Source: Spirochaetia bacterium (lineage in GTDB: Bacteria > Spirochaetota > Spirochaetia > SZUA-6 > Bin103). Taken from it: a stretch of DNA of 64,000 bases. The stretch lies in NCBI GenBank assembly GCA_965203515.1, contig OZ241907.1, forward strand, positions 512,001-576,000, given 5' to 3'. Positions 1 to 13,273 of this stretch are shown in pieces. The translations under genes were made by a program, and so were the position numbers. The notes beneath the pieces were generated by a model that was not told where the DNA came from, did no database searches, and saw only the letters and a list, made by a program, of their open reading frames with translations. Within the stretch, counting starts at the first letter, position 1; each line of letters starts with the position of its first letter.

Positions 1-255
1 GTCTATCTGAGCGACATCGACAAGATGCCGCTGCAGATCATCGTGCGGGACATGGTCTTTGGGGACGTCATGCGGCAGCGGTCGATCGCCAACAACAACC
101 CGTTCGCCGAGGAACTGCTCGACATGTCGATCATGTTGCAGCTCGAAAAGCTGAAGTGGACGGCGCTGTTCGTCTCGATCGTGCCGATGCTGCTGGTCTA
201 TCCGTTCATACAGCGATACTTCGCCAAGGGGGTCATCATCGGAGCACTGAAATAG
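1..255 (+). CDS. Carbohydrate ABC transporter permease, C-terminal part (runs off window start)
   Basis: PLQIIVRD...VPMLLVYPFIQRYFAKGVIIGALK is the typical CUT1 permease C-terminus; lies directly upstream of a solute-binding protein. Confidence 0.85.
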   Translation, partial: VYLSDIDKMPLQIIVRDMVFGDVMRQRSIANNNPFAEELLDMSIMLQLEKLKWTALFVSIVPMLLVYPFIQRYFAKGVIIGALK

Positions 256-331
256 ACTCGAATCGACTGCCGGACGGCATTCGTTCGCGGATCGACGTTA
301 CGATTCGCATGACCCCTCCATAGGAGCGACG

Positions 332-1921
332 ATGAAAACGACATTGAGACGACTGTTGCCGATCGCGGCGCTGGCGGCGCTGCTGGCGGCGCCGGCCGCC
401 GCGCAGATCGTGACCTACACGATCGTCAGCGACAGCATCGAAAAGACCTTCCAGGAGCCGATGTTCGCCGAGCTGGAGAAGATCACCGGCGTGCGCCTGG
501 AGCCGCGGCTGTTCCCGGAGGACGACGTTCCCCGGCACTACGCGCTGATGGCCGCCGCCGACGATCTGCCCGACCTGGCGGCCCGGCTGCCGGGCAACCT
601 GGCGCTCCAGTTCGGCCAGGAAGGGCTGCTGATGGGGCTGCGGGGACTGGAGGGCTACCGGCCCAACTTCGTCGACACCATCGAACGGTACCAGTTCGAC
701 TTCGACACCTTCCTGGCCCGCTACGGCACGGCGGACGGCGACTACTTCGTGTCGCCGACGCTGAGCGGCTGGTACAAGAACATCAAGGAAGCGATCATCT
801 ACCGAAGCGACATCTTCGCCAGGGAAGGGATCGAGACGCCGGCCACCAGCGAGGAGCTCGCCGACGCGCTGATCACGCTCAAGGAGCGCTATCCGGACAG
901 CATACCGTACATGACGTTCCGCGACTGGTGGAGGCCGTTCTACGTGATGTTCGGCGTGTACGACTATCCGCAGGGAGAGGACTACTACCACCAGACCGCC
1001 TACCGGGACGCGCTGCGCTACATCGCCGGACTGTACGCGGCCGGCGCCATCGACCAGGAGTGGCCGACCCGCCAGTACGCGGAGTGGAACAAGGCGCTCA
1101 ACGAGGAGGCGTCCACCTTCATGGAGGGCACGCACGGCTATTCCTTCCATGGCAACGCGCCGACGCTGCTCGGCATCACCAGCGATGAGCTGGCGGCGGC
1201 GGGCGCCGATCCGTTCGGGCCTCCCGGCCAGCAGGTGATGGCCAAGCTGAGCGAGCGGTTCGCGTTCATGAGCGTCCCCACGCACGCCGGCGCACGGCGC
1301 GTGAGCCCGCCGGCCAGCAACGTGTCCGGCTTCGGCATCGGCCTCAACGCCGACATCGAAATGCCTGCGGTGGCCGCGAAGTGGCTCGATTTCTTCTACT
1401 CCGAGTATGGAGCCGCATGGTCCGGTCTCGCCTCGCCCGAGGGGGTCAAGTGGGTCGACACGGCCGCCGGCGGAGACATCGCGTGGCCGGCGTTCGGCGA
1501 CGCGCAGGTCGAGCGGCGGGCGGCGACTCCGGCGGAGCTGGACGCCTCCTACAGCACGTACGAGCGGGCGTTCCTGCTGTTCCGGAAGTTCAATCACGAA
1601 TTCCCGACTCTGCCCGCGGTGATGGAACACAGCGGCAAGATCGCGGTGCGCCGCGTCGACGTCTTCGATCTGGACGACGATCAGATCGAGCGGCAGGCGA
1701 CCCTGATCGCGCAGATCGATCCGGTCGTGCAGGAGTATGAGGAACGCTTCATTCTCGGCCGACTCGACGTCGACGACGACTGGGACGACTACCTGGCCGC
1801 GCTCGACCGCGCCGGCCTGCAGGAGCTGCTGGCGCTGCGCGCCGGGACGCTGGTGCCGATGGACAGCCACATCATCGAGCCGGTACCGGACAAGTCCGGC
1901 CGCACGACCCTGGCGCCATAG
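332..1921 (+). CDS. Extracellular solute-binding protein of carbohydrate ABC transporter
   Basis: AGGAG RBS; signal peptide ending AAA-Q; IYRSDIF..GIETPATSEEL..AL..LK and C-terminal FILGRLDVDDDWDDYLAAL motifs of LplA-like SBPs. Confidence 0.85.
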   Translation: MKTTLRRLLPIAALAALLAAPAAAQIVTYTIVSDSIEKTFQEPMFAELEKITGVRLEPRLFPEDDVPRHYALMAAADDLPDLAARLPGNLALQFGQEGLLMGLRGLEGYRPNFVDTIERYQFDFDTFLARYGTADGDYFVSPTLSGWYKNIKEAIIYRSDIFAREGIETPATSEELADALITLKERYPDSIPYMTFRDWWRPFYVMFGVYDYPQGEDYYHQTAYRDALRYIAGLYAAGAIDQEWPTRQYAEWNKALNEEASTFMEGTHGYSFHGNAPTLLGITSDELAAAGADPFGPPGQQVMAKLSERFAFMSVPTHAGARRVSPPASNVSGFGIGLNADIEMPAVAAKWLDFFYSEYGAAWSGLASPEGVKWVDTAAGGDIAWPAFGDAQVERRAATPAELDASYSTYERAFLLFRKFNHEFPTLPAVMEHSGKIAVRRVDVFDLDDDQIERQATLIAQIDPVVQEYEERFILGRLDVDDDWDDYLAALDRAGLQELLALRAGTLVPMDSHIIEPVPDKSGRTTLAP

Positions 1922-1972
1922 CGCGCGCCGTAGAACCCTGGCGCCCGTAGCGCGCCGGTCACCACCGGGACG

Positions 1973-2005
1973 CCGATGCGGGGCGGCGCGTCCGCCCCGC
2001 ATCGG
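1973..2005. terminator. 14-bp perfect stem-loop after the SBP gene (mRNA stabiliser or terminator)
   Basis: CCGATGCGGGGCGG-cgcgt-CCGCCCCGCATCGG; no U-tract. Confidence 0.55.
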
Positions 2006-2035
2006 TCGCCCGATCCCCCTGGACGGAAACAGCCC

Positions 2036-3694
2036 ATGACCCTCATCACCGACCTTTCGATCGCCCGGCCGACCGACCGCCTGATCGCCGACGACCCCAC
2101 CACGTTCGGCCCGATCTCCAGGCCGAAGCGCGGCGCATGGCGCCTGATCGACTACGAGACCGAACGGTTCAGCGGCCGGTTCCTGCAGGCGTCCGACCGG
2201 GAGGCCGCCATGTTGACGGTCCCGCTCAATTGCCGCGGCTGGCACGCGGTGTCGATCGGCATCGCCGCCACCGGCGTCAAGCAGGGGCCCGCCTCGATCG
2301 AGGTGCGGCTCGAAGGCGACGAGCACTGGCAGCACCTGCGCGCGGCCGGCTGGGCCGACTACGTCGAGGAGCCGTGGATCATCGCCGACCTGACCGGGCG
2401 GTCGCTGCAGGTCCGCTTTCCGCAGCAGGGGCATGGCCCGGTGCTGGCGCGCCTCTGCTCCGTGCGGGCCGTTCCCGTGCGCGGCGATCACGTCCGCGAG
2501 CTGCAGGCCGAGCGGCCGCGCCCGCTGATGTTCACCCACGACGGCAACATGTTCGGCGGCGCCGAGCCGGGCATCGAGGTGGTCGAGCGGGTGTTCCGGC
2601 CGTTCGCCGGCAGTCCGTGGAGCTTCGGCTGCTACGGCGTGGGCGGCGCCGACTGCGTTCACTACGACACCAAGGTGGGAACCATCATCGGCCAGGACGC
2701 CTGGGACGGCGAGGAGGGCTACCTGGGCAGCTACGACGTCGTCACCGCGATGATCGCCAAGGGCCTCGACCCGATGCAGGCGGCGATCGACAGCGCGCAC
2801 CGCATGGACCTGGCGCTGATCGCCTATCTGCGCGTGCAGCTCTGGACCTGCGAGCCGCCGCTGGACCATCAGTTCCGCTCCCGCTTCTACGCCGCGCATC
2901 CCGAGTACTGCTGCGTGGAGGCCGACGGCGCGGTCGACGCCAGCAAGCTGAGCGTGGCGTTTCCCGAGGTGCGCCGGCAGCTCAACGGCATCATGCGCGA
3001 GTGCCTGGAGCGCGGCGCCGACGGCGTGTGCCTCTGCTTTGCGCGCGGCTTTCCGCTGGTGCGCTACGAGCAACCGGTGCTGGACCGCTACCGGGAGCGC
3101 TTCGGCGGCGACGCGCGCGAGGTCGACGACCGCGACCAGCGGCTGCGCAGCGTGTGGGCGGAGATCACGACCGAGTGGATCCGGGAGATACGGGAGATGC
3201 TCGACCGGTTCGGCCCGTCGGCCCGGTACCAACGGCGCAAGCTGGCGCTGATCGCCGGCCCGGACGTGGAGTGGTGCCTGAGCTACGGGATCGACGTGGG
3301 CGCCTGGGGCCGGGCAGGGCTGGTCGACATCGTCGCGCCGTACCCGCGCGGCATCGAGCGGCGGGAGGACCTCACGGAGCTCATGATCGACGGCGTGGAG
3401 CGGTACGCGCGGGCGCTCGAAGGGACTGCCGTGGAGCTGCTGCCGTCACTCGGCAGTTTCGCCGACGGCGCCATGACGGTCCGGGAGGTGCGCGTGCGCG
3501 CCGACGGCTGCTACCGCCGGGGCGCGACCGGCCTGTGCCGCTGGGACACCGCGCACTGGCTGGTCCACCTGCAACTGGAGAGCGCCGCGGCGCAACGGCT
3601 CTGGGTCGACCACTACCTGCCCCCGGCCGACAACGCCGTGGTGTCGACCGCCGGCCTGAACCGCATCCGCTTCAACCCGCGCATCGGCGTCTGA
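2036..3694 (+). CDS. Glycoside-hydrolase-like TIM-barrel protein (GHL10/DUF187-like)
   Basis: DPMQAAIDSAHRMDL, FYAAHPEY, LSVAFPEVR, GADGVCLCF and GIDVGAW..AGLVD motifs; in the sugar ABC operon. Confidence 0.55.
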   Translation: MTLITDLSIARPTDRLIADDPTTFGPISRPKRGAWRLIDYETERFSGRFLQASDREAAMLTVPLNCRGWHAVSIGIAATGVKQGPASIEVRLEGDEHWQHLRAAGWADYVEEPWIIADLTGRSLQVRFPQQGHGPVLARLCSVRAVPVRGDHVRELQAERPRPLMFTHDGNMFGGAEPGIEVVERVFRPFAGSPWSFGCYGVGGADCVHYDTKVGTIIGQDAWDGEEGYLGSYDVVTAMIAKGLDPMQAAIDSAHRMDLALIAYLRVQLWTCEPPLDHQFRSRFYAAHPEYCCVEADGAVDASKLSVAFPEVRRQLNGIMRECLERGADGVCLCFARGFPLVRYEQPVLDRYRERFGGDAREVDDRDQRLRSVWAEITTEWIREIREMLDRFGPSARYQRRKLALIAGPDVEWCLSYGIDVGAWGRAGLVDIVAPYPRGIERREDLTELMIDGVERYARALEGTAVELLPSLGSFADGAMTVREVRVRADGCYRRGATGLCRWDTAHWLVHLQLESAAAQRLWVDHYLPPADNAVVSTAGLNRIRFNPRIGV

Positions 3695-3721
3695 ACCATC
3701 GCCGCGTGAACCATCGCCGCG
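3692..3721. repeat. 15-bp tandem duplication TGAACCATCGCCGCG x2
   Basis: Seen directly; includes the stop codon of the upstream gene. Confidence 0.9.
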
Positions 3722-3762
3722 TGTCGTATCCGGTGCGCCGCCATGTCGTATGATGCGCGGCG

Positions 3763-7007
<3,245 letters not shown>

Positions 7008-7011
<4 letters not shown>

Positions 7012-8120
7012 CTGCGCGCCGTCCGGCTCGGTTGCGGCGGGGTCGGGTGGAAGGCCGCCGAGCGGATGACCGCCAGGGCGGCGCCGCCGCCGGGCGCCGC
7101 GGCGGCGCGATCGAGGACGCGCTGCAGGCGTTGCGCGCCGATCTCGGCGCGCGCGTTGACGACCACGTGGAGCCGGCGGTCGCTGAGCCGGTCGACTCGG
7201 CGCAGCTCGGCGTCGATGCCCCGGTCCTGCGGTTCGTCAGCGGCGGTGTGGCTGACCTTGACGTCCTGCAGATGGTCGCGGATCAGGAACTTCACGTGAC
7301 CGATCGCGTCCGCTTCCCGGCGCACGCCGGCGATGACCGCCCGCACCAACCGGCCGGCCGCTGCGCGGGCCCCGCCGCCGGCGGCGTCGACCCGCACCTC
7401 GGCGTCGAGCCAGGCGAGCGCCGTTTCGCCGGCGCCGTAGCGGGCGTAGTCGATGCCCAGGTCGCCGGCGCCGGCGCTGGCGCCGGCGGTTGCCGGATGG
7501 CCGGCATCGCCGAGCGCGTCGACCCAGCGGACGACGCCGGCCGGCGTGCGTCCGTCCTGACACAGCACCGTCTGGCCGGGGGCGGGAATGCCGGAACCGT
7601 CTGCGGAAGCGGCCAGGCGGGGCGGATCGGCCATCAGGTCCCACTTGCTCGCCACCAGCAGCGGCGCCTCGCGGAGCTGCTCCCGGAACAGGTAGGCGAC
7701 GTTCCCGGACCACGGCAGCGGCCGGCCCGCCCGCAGCCGGGCCAGCAGCCGCGCGTCCGCCATCGCCGTGAACGACACCCGCTCGACCGGCCGGGCGGCG
7801 GAGCGGAGCAGTGGCCGCACCACCGTGGCGGCCAGATCGGCGCACGAGCCGACCGCCTCGGCGAACGCGTGCCGGGCGCCGCCGCGGCGCGTCTCGACCA
7901 GCAGGTCGACCAGCCGATCGTACCGGCAGCAGAAGCAGCCTCCGGTCACTTCACGGGTCGGAAGGGAGCCGCGCAGGAACGCCGTGTCGACCAGCAGCGC
8001 GCCCTGGTCGTTGGTGATCGCCGCCGCCTCCTCGCCGCGCTGCCGCAGCAGCGCGCACGCGCTGCGGATCGCCGTGGTCTTGCCGCTGCCCAGGAAGCCG
8101 CCGACCAAGTGCAGGATCAC
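7008..8120 (-). CDS. CobW/HypB/UreG-like (G3E) GTPase, putative metallochaperone
   Basis: GTG start; GGFLGSGKTT, ITNDQG, GGCFCC, EAVGSCADL, IGHVK. Confidence 0.85.
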
Positions 8121-8181
8121 GACCGGTATAGTAGCAACCCCGCGCCGTGATCCGCGGACGGCCGGATCGGTTGACCCGGAT

Positions 8182-11100
8182 ATGAAAGGCGAGTTGTTCA
8201 CCCAGTACTTTCTCACCGACGGCATCCGCGCGACCCCGGAGTGGGAGGACGCGGCGGCGAAGCTCGCCGACTTCCGACGCGGCCTGGGCGGCAGGTACGA
8301 GCGATTCGCGTCGCTCCGCCATCCCAACGAGGCGGTTACCGAGCAGGACCTGATCCGTCCGGTGCTGGAGCTGCTGGGATGGACCGACTACCTGCCGCAA
8401 CAGGGCGCCGCCGGCAACCAGGACGTGCCCGACCACCTGCTGTTCGCGGACGCCGCGTCCAAGGCGCGCGCCGCCTACCGGGACGCGCTGCTGGTCGAGG
8501 AGAGCAAGCGCTTCGGCCTGCCGCTCGACCGCCACGACCGGCATGACGGGGCGCGGAGCGGCTCGCCGCACGGGCAGATGCTGCGGTATCTGTCGGCCGC
8601 GGACATCGCTTCCGACGGCCGCATTCGGTGGGGAATACTGACCAACGGCAGCGTCTGGCGCCTCTACGACCGGCGCGCCCGCCCGCGCGCGGCCGGCTTC
8701 TTCGAGGCCGACGTCGCCGAGTCGCTCGGCAACGAAGACGCATTGCGGGTCTTCCTGCTGTTGTTCGGCCGCGAATCCTTCATCCCGCAAGGGACGGCGA
8801 CCGCCACCTTCCTCGAGTCGGCGATCGTCGAGGGCCGGCGTTACGAGGAGTCGGTCGCTCACGACCTGTCGGCCGTGGTGTTCGAGCGCGTCTTTCCGCG
8901 GCTGGTCGAAGCGATCGCCGCGGCCGCCGGGGACGGCGTCGGCCTGTCCGAAGTCCGCGCCGCGGCGCTGATCTTCCTCTACCGGCTGCTGTTCGTCCTC
9001 TACGCCGAGGATCGCGGCCTGCTGCCGGTCAACGACGCGCGCTACGACGACTACGGCCTGCGCAAGCGCGTGCGCGAGGACGTCGCGCGCCGCATGGCCG
9101 AGGGGGACGTGTTCTCCGCCACCGCGTGCCAGTACTACCACCATCTGCGCGAGCTGTTCCGCCAGATCGATCAGGGCGACCGTTCGATCGGCCTGCCGCC
9201 CGGCAACGGCGGTCTGTTCGCGGCCGATGCCGCGCCGGTCCTGGAGCGGATTCGCGTGCCGGACGCCGTGATCGCGGAGGTCATCTACGATCTCAGCCAT
9301 ACGACGGCGGGTCAGGAAGCCGGCGGCGGGCGCCGCTTCGTCAACTACCGCGACCTGTCGGTGCAGCAGCTCGGTTCCATCTACGAGCGCCTGCTCGAAC
9401 GGGAACCGGCGCGCAGCCCGGACGGCGGCGTGGTGATCCGCCTCGATTCCTATGCCCGCAAGGACTCCGGCAGCTTCTATACGCCGCAGGATCTGGTCGA
9501 CCTGATCGTGGATCGGACCCTGAAGCCGCTGGTGGAGCACGGTCGCAGGGCGTTCGAGGACTTGGCGCGCACGCTCGGCGGCGATCGCCGCCCCAAGTCG
9601 GAGCGGCGGGCGGTACTGTCGCGCCGGGATCCGGCGGAAGCGGTCCTGCAGCTCAAGGTCCTGGATCCGGCGATGGGAGACGGCCACTTCCTGGTGACCG
9701 CGGTCGACGTGCTGGCCGACTCCATCGCGGAACTGATCGAGTACGCGCCCGGCGTGCCGGCGTGGCTGGACGGAGACTACGAGTCGCCGCTCGTGGGGCG
9801 GATCGCCGCGATACGGGACGGCATCCTCCGCCGCGCGCGGGAGTCCGGCTGGACCATCGACGCGGCGCAGCTCACCGACCCGGCGATCATCCGGCGCCTG
9901 GTGCTCAAGCGCTGCATCTACGGCGTCGACAAGAACCCGCTGACCGTGGAGCTGGCCAAGGTCTCGCTCTGGCTGCACAGCTTCACGGCCGGCGCGCCGC
10001 TGTCGTTCCTGGACCATCACCTGCGGTGCGGCGATTCGCTGGTCGGCCTCCGCGTGCGGGATGCGGTGCGGGAGCTGGGCCGGTTCGGCGGGCTGTTCGC
10101 CGGCTCGGCCGTGACCGGCGCGGAGCTGGCCGCGGACGGGATGGAGCACATCGAGGAGATGTCCGACGCGGACGTGGCGGAGGTGCACGAATCGGCCGAG
10201 GTGTTTCGGGGCGTCGAGGCGAGGACGGCCGATCTGCGGGGTCTGCTCGACCGTCTGTGCGGGTTGCGGTGGATGACCGCCGGCATGAAGGAGGCGGCGC
10301 GGCGGGCATTCGAGCTGCCGCTGGAGGAGACGTTGAGCCAGCGGCCGACCGACGCCTACCGGATTCTGGCGCGCGGGCCGGAATCGGTGCCCGACGGCGC
10401 GCCGGCACTCGGCGGCGGGCCGGCGGCCGGCGGCGGCGCACCGGGCGGCGGGGAACTGGGCGGCGCGGCCCACATGCTGAGGGAAGCCGCCGCCCTTGCC
10501 CGGCGCGAGCGTTTCTTTCACTGGGAGGCGGCCTTCCCCGGCGTGTGGCGGGAGTGGCAGAATGAGCGGCCGGAGGGCGGCTTCGACGCCGTGATCGGCA
10601 ACCCGCCGTGGGACCGCATCAAGCTGCAGGAGGTCGAGTGGTTCGCCACCCGCGCGCCGGAGATCGCGCGCGCCCCGACCGCGGCCGCGCGGCGGGCGGC
10701 GATCCGGCGGCTGCGGGAGCGGGGCGCACCGCTGGCCGCGGCCTTCGATGTGGCCAAGGAACGCGCCGACCAGCTCGCCCACATGGTGCGCGCGTCCGGC
10801 AGCTACCCGCTGCTCGGCGGCGGCGACGTCAACCTCTACTCGCTGTTCGTGGAGCGCGCCATGAGCCTGGTCAAACCGGGCGGGCTGGTGGGACTGCTCA
10901 CCCCGTCCGGCATCTACGCCGACAAGACCGCCGCCCGGTTCTTCAAAGGGCTCTCTACCGCGGGACGAATCGGCGGCCTGTTCGACTTCGAGAACCGGCG
11001 CCCGGGCACCGGGCAACCGCCGTTCTTTCCGGACGTCCACTCGCGGTTCAAGTTCTGCGCGCTGATCTTCGGCGGTGAAGGACGGCGCTTTGAACAGACC

Positions 11101-12264
11101 CGGTGCGCCTTCTTCCTGCACGACACCCGCTCGGTCGACGACCCGGAGCGCTGCTTCCCGCTGGCGCCGGACGACTTTGCCCGCGTCAATCCCAACACCG
11201 GCACCGCGCCGGTGTTTCGCACCCGCCGCGCCGCCGACCTCACCCGCGGTATCTACCAACGCCATCCGGTGCTAGTCGACCGCTCCGGCGCGGAGGAACG
11301 CCGCGCCTGGCCGGTCCGCTACCACCGCATGTTCGACATGACCAACGACTCCGGTCTGTTCCGCACCGCCGCGCAGCTCGACGCCGACGGGTTCTACCGG
11401 ATCGCCGGCAACCGGTGGAAGCGGGGAGCCGAGCTCTGCCTGCCGCTGTACGAGGGCAAGATGGTGCAGGCGTTCGACCACCGCGCCGCCAGCGTCGTCG
11501 TAAACCCGGACAACCTGAACCGGCCGGCGCAGCCCCGGGAAGCCGCGCCGGACCAACACGCCGATCCGCACTGGCTGCCGGACCCGCAGTTCTGGGTACC
11601 TGCCGATGCATGCCGGTGGGACTGGCCGCTGGAGTGGGTCGTCGGATTCAAGGAGATAACCGCTCCCACCAACCACCGCACCGTGATCGGCTCGGTCTTC
11701 CCGCAGGCGGCGTTCGGCAACAAGACCCCCATATTCCTGCCGATGGCGGGCGCCGCTGTCGAGATGACGGACGCCTACAAAGCATCCGCCCCATTGCTGG
11801 TCGCCAATCTGAATGCGATGGCGTTCGATTTCGTCGCCCGGCAGAAGGTGCACGGCCAGACCCTCAATCTGTTCATCGTCGAGCAACTGCCGGTCATCGC
11901 GCCCGCCGATTACGACCGGCGCTTCGGCGCCGCGACCGCGCGCGATCTGGTGCGCGACCACGTCCTGCGCCTCACCTATACCGCCCACGACCTGGCGCCC
12001 TTCGCCCGCGACCTCGGCTGCGGCGGCGCGCCGTTCCCCTGGGACCCGGAGCAGCGCCGCCACCTGCGCGCCCGCCTCGACGCCCTCTACTTCCACCTCT
12101 ACGGCCTGTCCCGCGAGGACGCCGCCTACGTCCTCGACACCTTCCCGATCGTCCGCCGCCAGGATGAGGCCGCATGCGGCCGCTACCGCACCCGCGACCT
12201 CATCCTCGCCTACATGAACGCCCTCGCCGCCGGCGACACCACGACCGACGTCACGCCGCGCTAG
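8182..12264 (+). CDS. Type IIG (Eco57I-like) fused restriction endonuclease/N6-adenine methyltransferase
   Basis: N-terminal PDHLLF...EESKR and LTNGSVWRLY nuclease region; GSFYTP; DPAMGDGHF (motif I); GVDKNP; GNPPW (motif IV); PLYEGKM; C-terminal TRD. Confidence 0.9.
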   Translation: MKGELFTQYFLTDGIRATPEWEDAAAKLADFRRGLGGRYERFASLRHPNEAVTEQDLIRPVLELLGWTDYLPQQGAAGNQDVPDHLLFADAASKARAAYRDALLVEESKRFGLPLDRHDRHDGARSGSPHGQMLRYLSAADIASDGRIRWGILTNGSVWRLYDRRARPRAAGFFEADVAESLGNEDALRVFLLLFGRESFIPQGTATATFLESAIVEGRRYEESVAHDLSAVVFERVFPRLVEAIAAAAGDGVGLSEVRAAALIFLYRLLFVLYAEDRGLLPVNDARYDDYGLRKRVREDVARRMAEGDVFSATACQYYHHLRELFRQIDQGDRSIGLPPGNGGLFAADAAPVLERIRVPDAVIAEVIYDLSHTTAGQEAGGGRRFVNYRDLSVQQLGSIYERLLEREPARSPDGGVVIRLDSYARKDSGSFYTPQDLVDLIVDRTLKPLVEHGRRAFEDLARTLGGDRRPKSERRAVLSRRDPAEAVLQLKVLDPAMGDGHFLVTAVDVLADSIAELIEYAPGVPAWLDGDYESPLVGRIAAIRDGILRRARESGWTIDAAQLTDPAIIRRLVLKRCIYGVDKNPLTVELAKVSLWLHSFTAGAPLSFLDHHLRCGDSLVGLRVRDAVRELGRFGGLFAGSAVTGAELAADGMEHIEEMSDADVAEVHESAEVFRGVEARTADLRGLLDRLCGLRWMTAGMKEAARRAFELPLEETLSQRPTDAYRILARGPESVPDGAPALGGGPAAGGGAPGGGELGGAAHMLREAAALARRERFFHWEAAFPGVWREWQNERPEGGFDAVIGNPPWDRIKLQEVEWFATRAPEIARAPTAAARRAAIRRLRERGAPLAAAFDVAKERADQLAHMVRASGSYPLLGGGDVNLYSLFVERAMSLVKPGGLVGLLTPSGIYADKTAARFFKGLSTAGRIGGLFDFENRRPGTGQPPFFPDVHSRFKFCALIFGGEGRRFEQTRCAFFLHDTRSVDDPERCFPLAPDDFARVNPNTGTAPVFRTRRAADLTRGIYQRHPVLVDRSGAEERRAWPVRYHRMFDMTNDSGLFRTAAQLDADGFYRIAGNRWKRGAELCLPLYEGKMVQAFDHRAASVVVNPDNLNRPAQPREAAPDQHADPHWLPDPQFWVPADACRWDWPLEWVVGFKEITAPTNHRTVIGSVFPQAAFGNKTPIFLPMAGAAVEMTDAYKASAPLLVANLNAMAFDFVARQKVHGQTLNLFIVEQLPVIAPADYDRRFGAATARDLVRDHVLRLTYTAHDLAPFARDLGCGGAPFPWDPEQRRHLRARLDALYFHLYGLSREDAAYVLDTFPIVRRQDEAACGRYRTRDLILAYMNALAAGDTTTDVTPR

Positions 12265-12279
12265 CCGTTGGCTTCCAGC
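12220..12279 (+). repeat. 60-bp direct repeat copy 1 (R-M gene 3' end plus downstream bases)
   Basis: 57/60 identical to 15665-15724. Confidence 0.9.
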
Positions 12280-12318
12280 ACGATCGTCGGCGCGAAGGGA
12301 GCGAGCGACAGACGGGCT

Positions 12319-12348
12319 TTGACAAACGTGCGTCCGTGCAATCATAAT
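12319..12348 (+). promoter_or_regulatory. Sigma70-like promoter of the SIR2 gene
   Basis: TTGACA-N18-CATAAT, flanked by an imperfect GTGCA..TGCAC inverted repeat. Confidence 0.6.
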
Positions 12349-12359
12349 AATGCACAAGG

Positions 12360-13180
12360 ATGGCCGGGACACTAAGCTTTTCTAACGACGGCCCTGATTT
12401 CCCGGGTGACTTCGTCGACTCTCTGCTCGCCGGAGACGTGATCTTTCTATGTGGCATTGGGATGAGTGCGCCGCAGATGCCCGGCTTTCAACGGCTGGTT
12501 GAGGACACCTACTCGAAGATAGTGGTCGACATGACAGACTCGGAAAAACGTTCGTTCGACCAGGGGCGCTTCGAGGAGGTGTTAGGCTCTCTCAGTCGCC
12601 GGTTGTCTGACCCAGACGCTGTCACGAACACTGTTTCGGCTCTACTTGCAGTGCCCGGCGACCCTGAACTCGACCAACATCGTACGATCCTTCGTCTGTC
12701 CCGTGATCTGAATAACCGGGTTTCAGTGGTGACAACGAATTTCGACACGCTGTTGGAACGGGCGGTAGCGAAATTCACAGGCGAAGATATAACCAGCTTT
12801 GCCGGTCAGTCGATTCCTGCACCGGGAAGCTCGGCTTTCTCGGGAATCATCCATATTCACGGTCGTCTCGCCGACAAAACTATCGGACTTGAGTCTACGC
12901 CCTTGGTACTTTCCAGCGCTGACTATGGCGACGCCTACATGCGATCTGGCTGGGTATCGCGCTTCCTCTTCGATCTTGCGCGGTGCAAGACGATTGTACT
13001 CGTGGGCTACAGTGCGAGTGATGCTCCGGTTCGCTATTTCCTCAATGTGCTTGAAGCCGACCGCATACGCTTTCCGGACCTCAAGCCCGTGTATGCATTT
13101 GACGCATACGAAACATGATCCTGAAGAAGCGTCCACGGCATGGGGCACGCTTGCCGTGACGCCACTGCCCTACCGTAAGG
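12360..13180 (+). pseudogene. Truncated/frameshifted SIR2-family (Dsr1-like) anti-phage NADase
   Basis: GPDFP...VIFLCGIGMS, VVTTNFDTLLE, HIHGRL, DYGDAY, VLVGYSASD; stop at 13116-13118; homology-like frame continues as HDPEEASTAWGTLAVTPLPY then breaks at ~13180; lower GC. Confidence 0.75.
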
Positions 13181-13273
13181 CGAGTTCCCACGAATGCCGC
13201 GGCTGATCCATGCCCGTATGTAGCACGCTGTCCCGGCAGGTTCCATGATTCACCCGCGCAGGCTTGACGGCGG

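Noticed and set aside
236..3232. Long antisense ORFs (also 7951-11265, 17144-18532, 41766-43511 and others)
   Set aside because: Shadow ORFs of high-GC coding strands with no recognisable motifs.
7768..8181. N-terminal extension of the R-M ORF
   Set aside because: Overlaps the divergent CobW-like gene; plausible start is ATG 8182.
8120..8181. Cobalamin riboswitch before the CobW-like gene
   Set aside because: Intergenic gap only ~60 bp and no B12-box seen.
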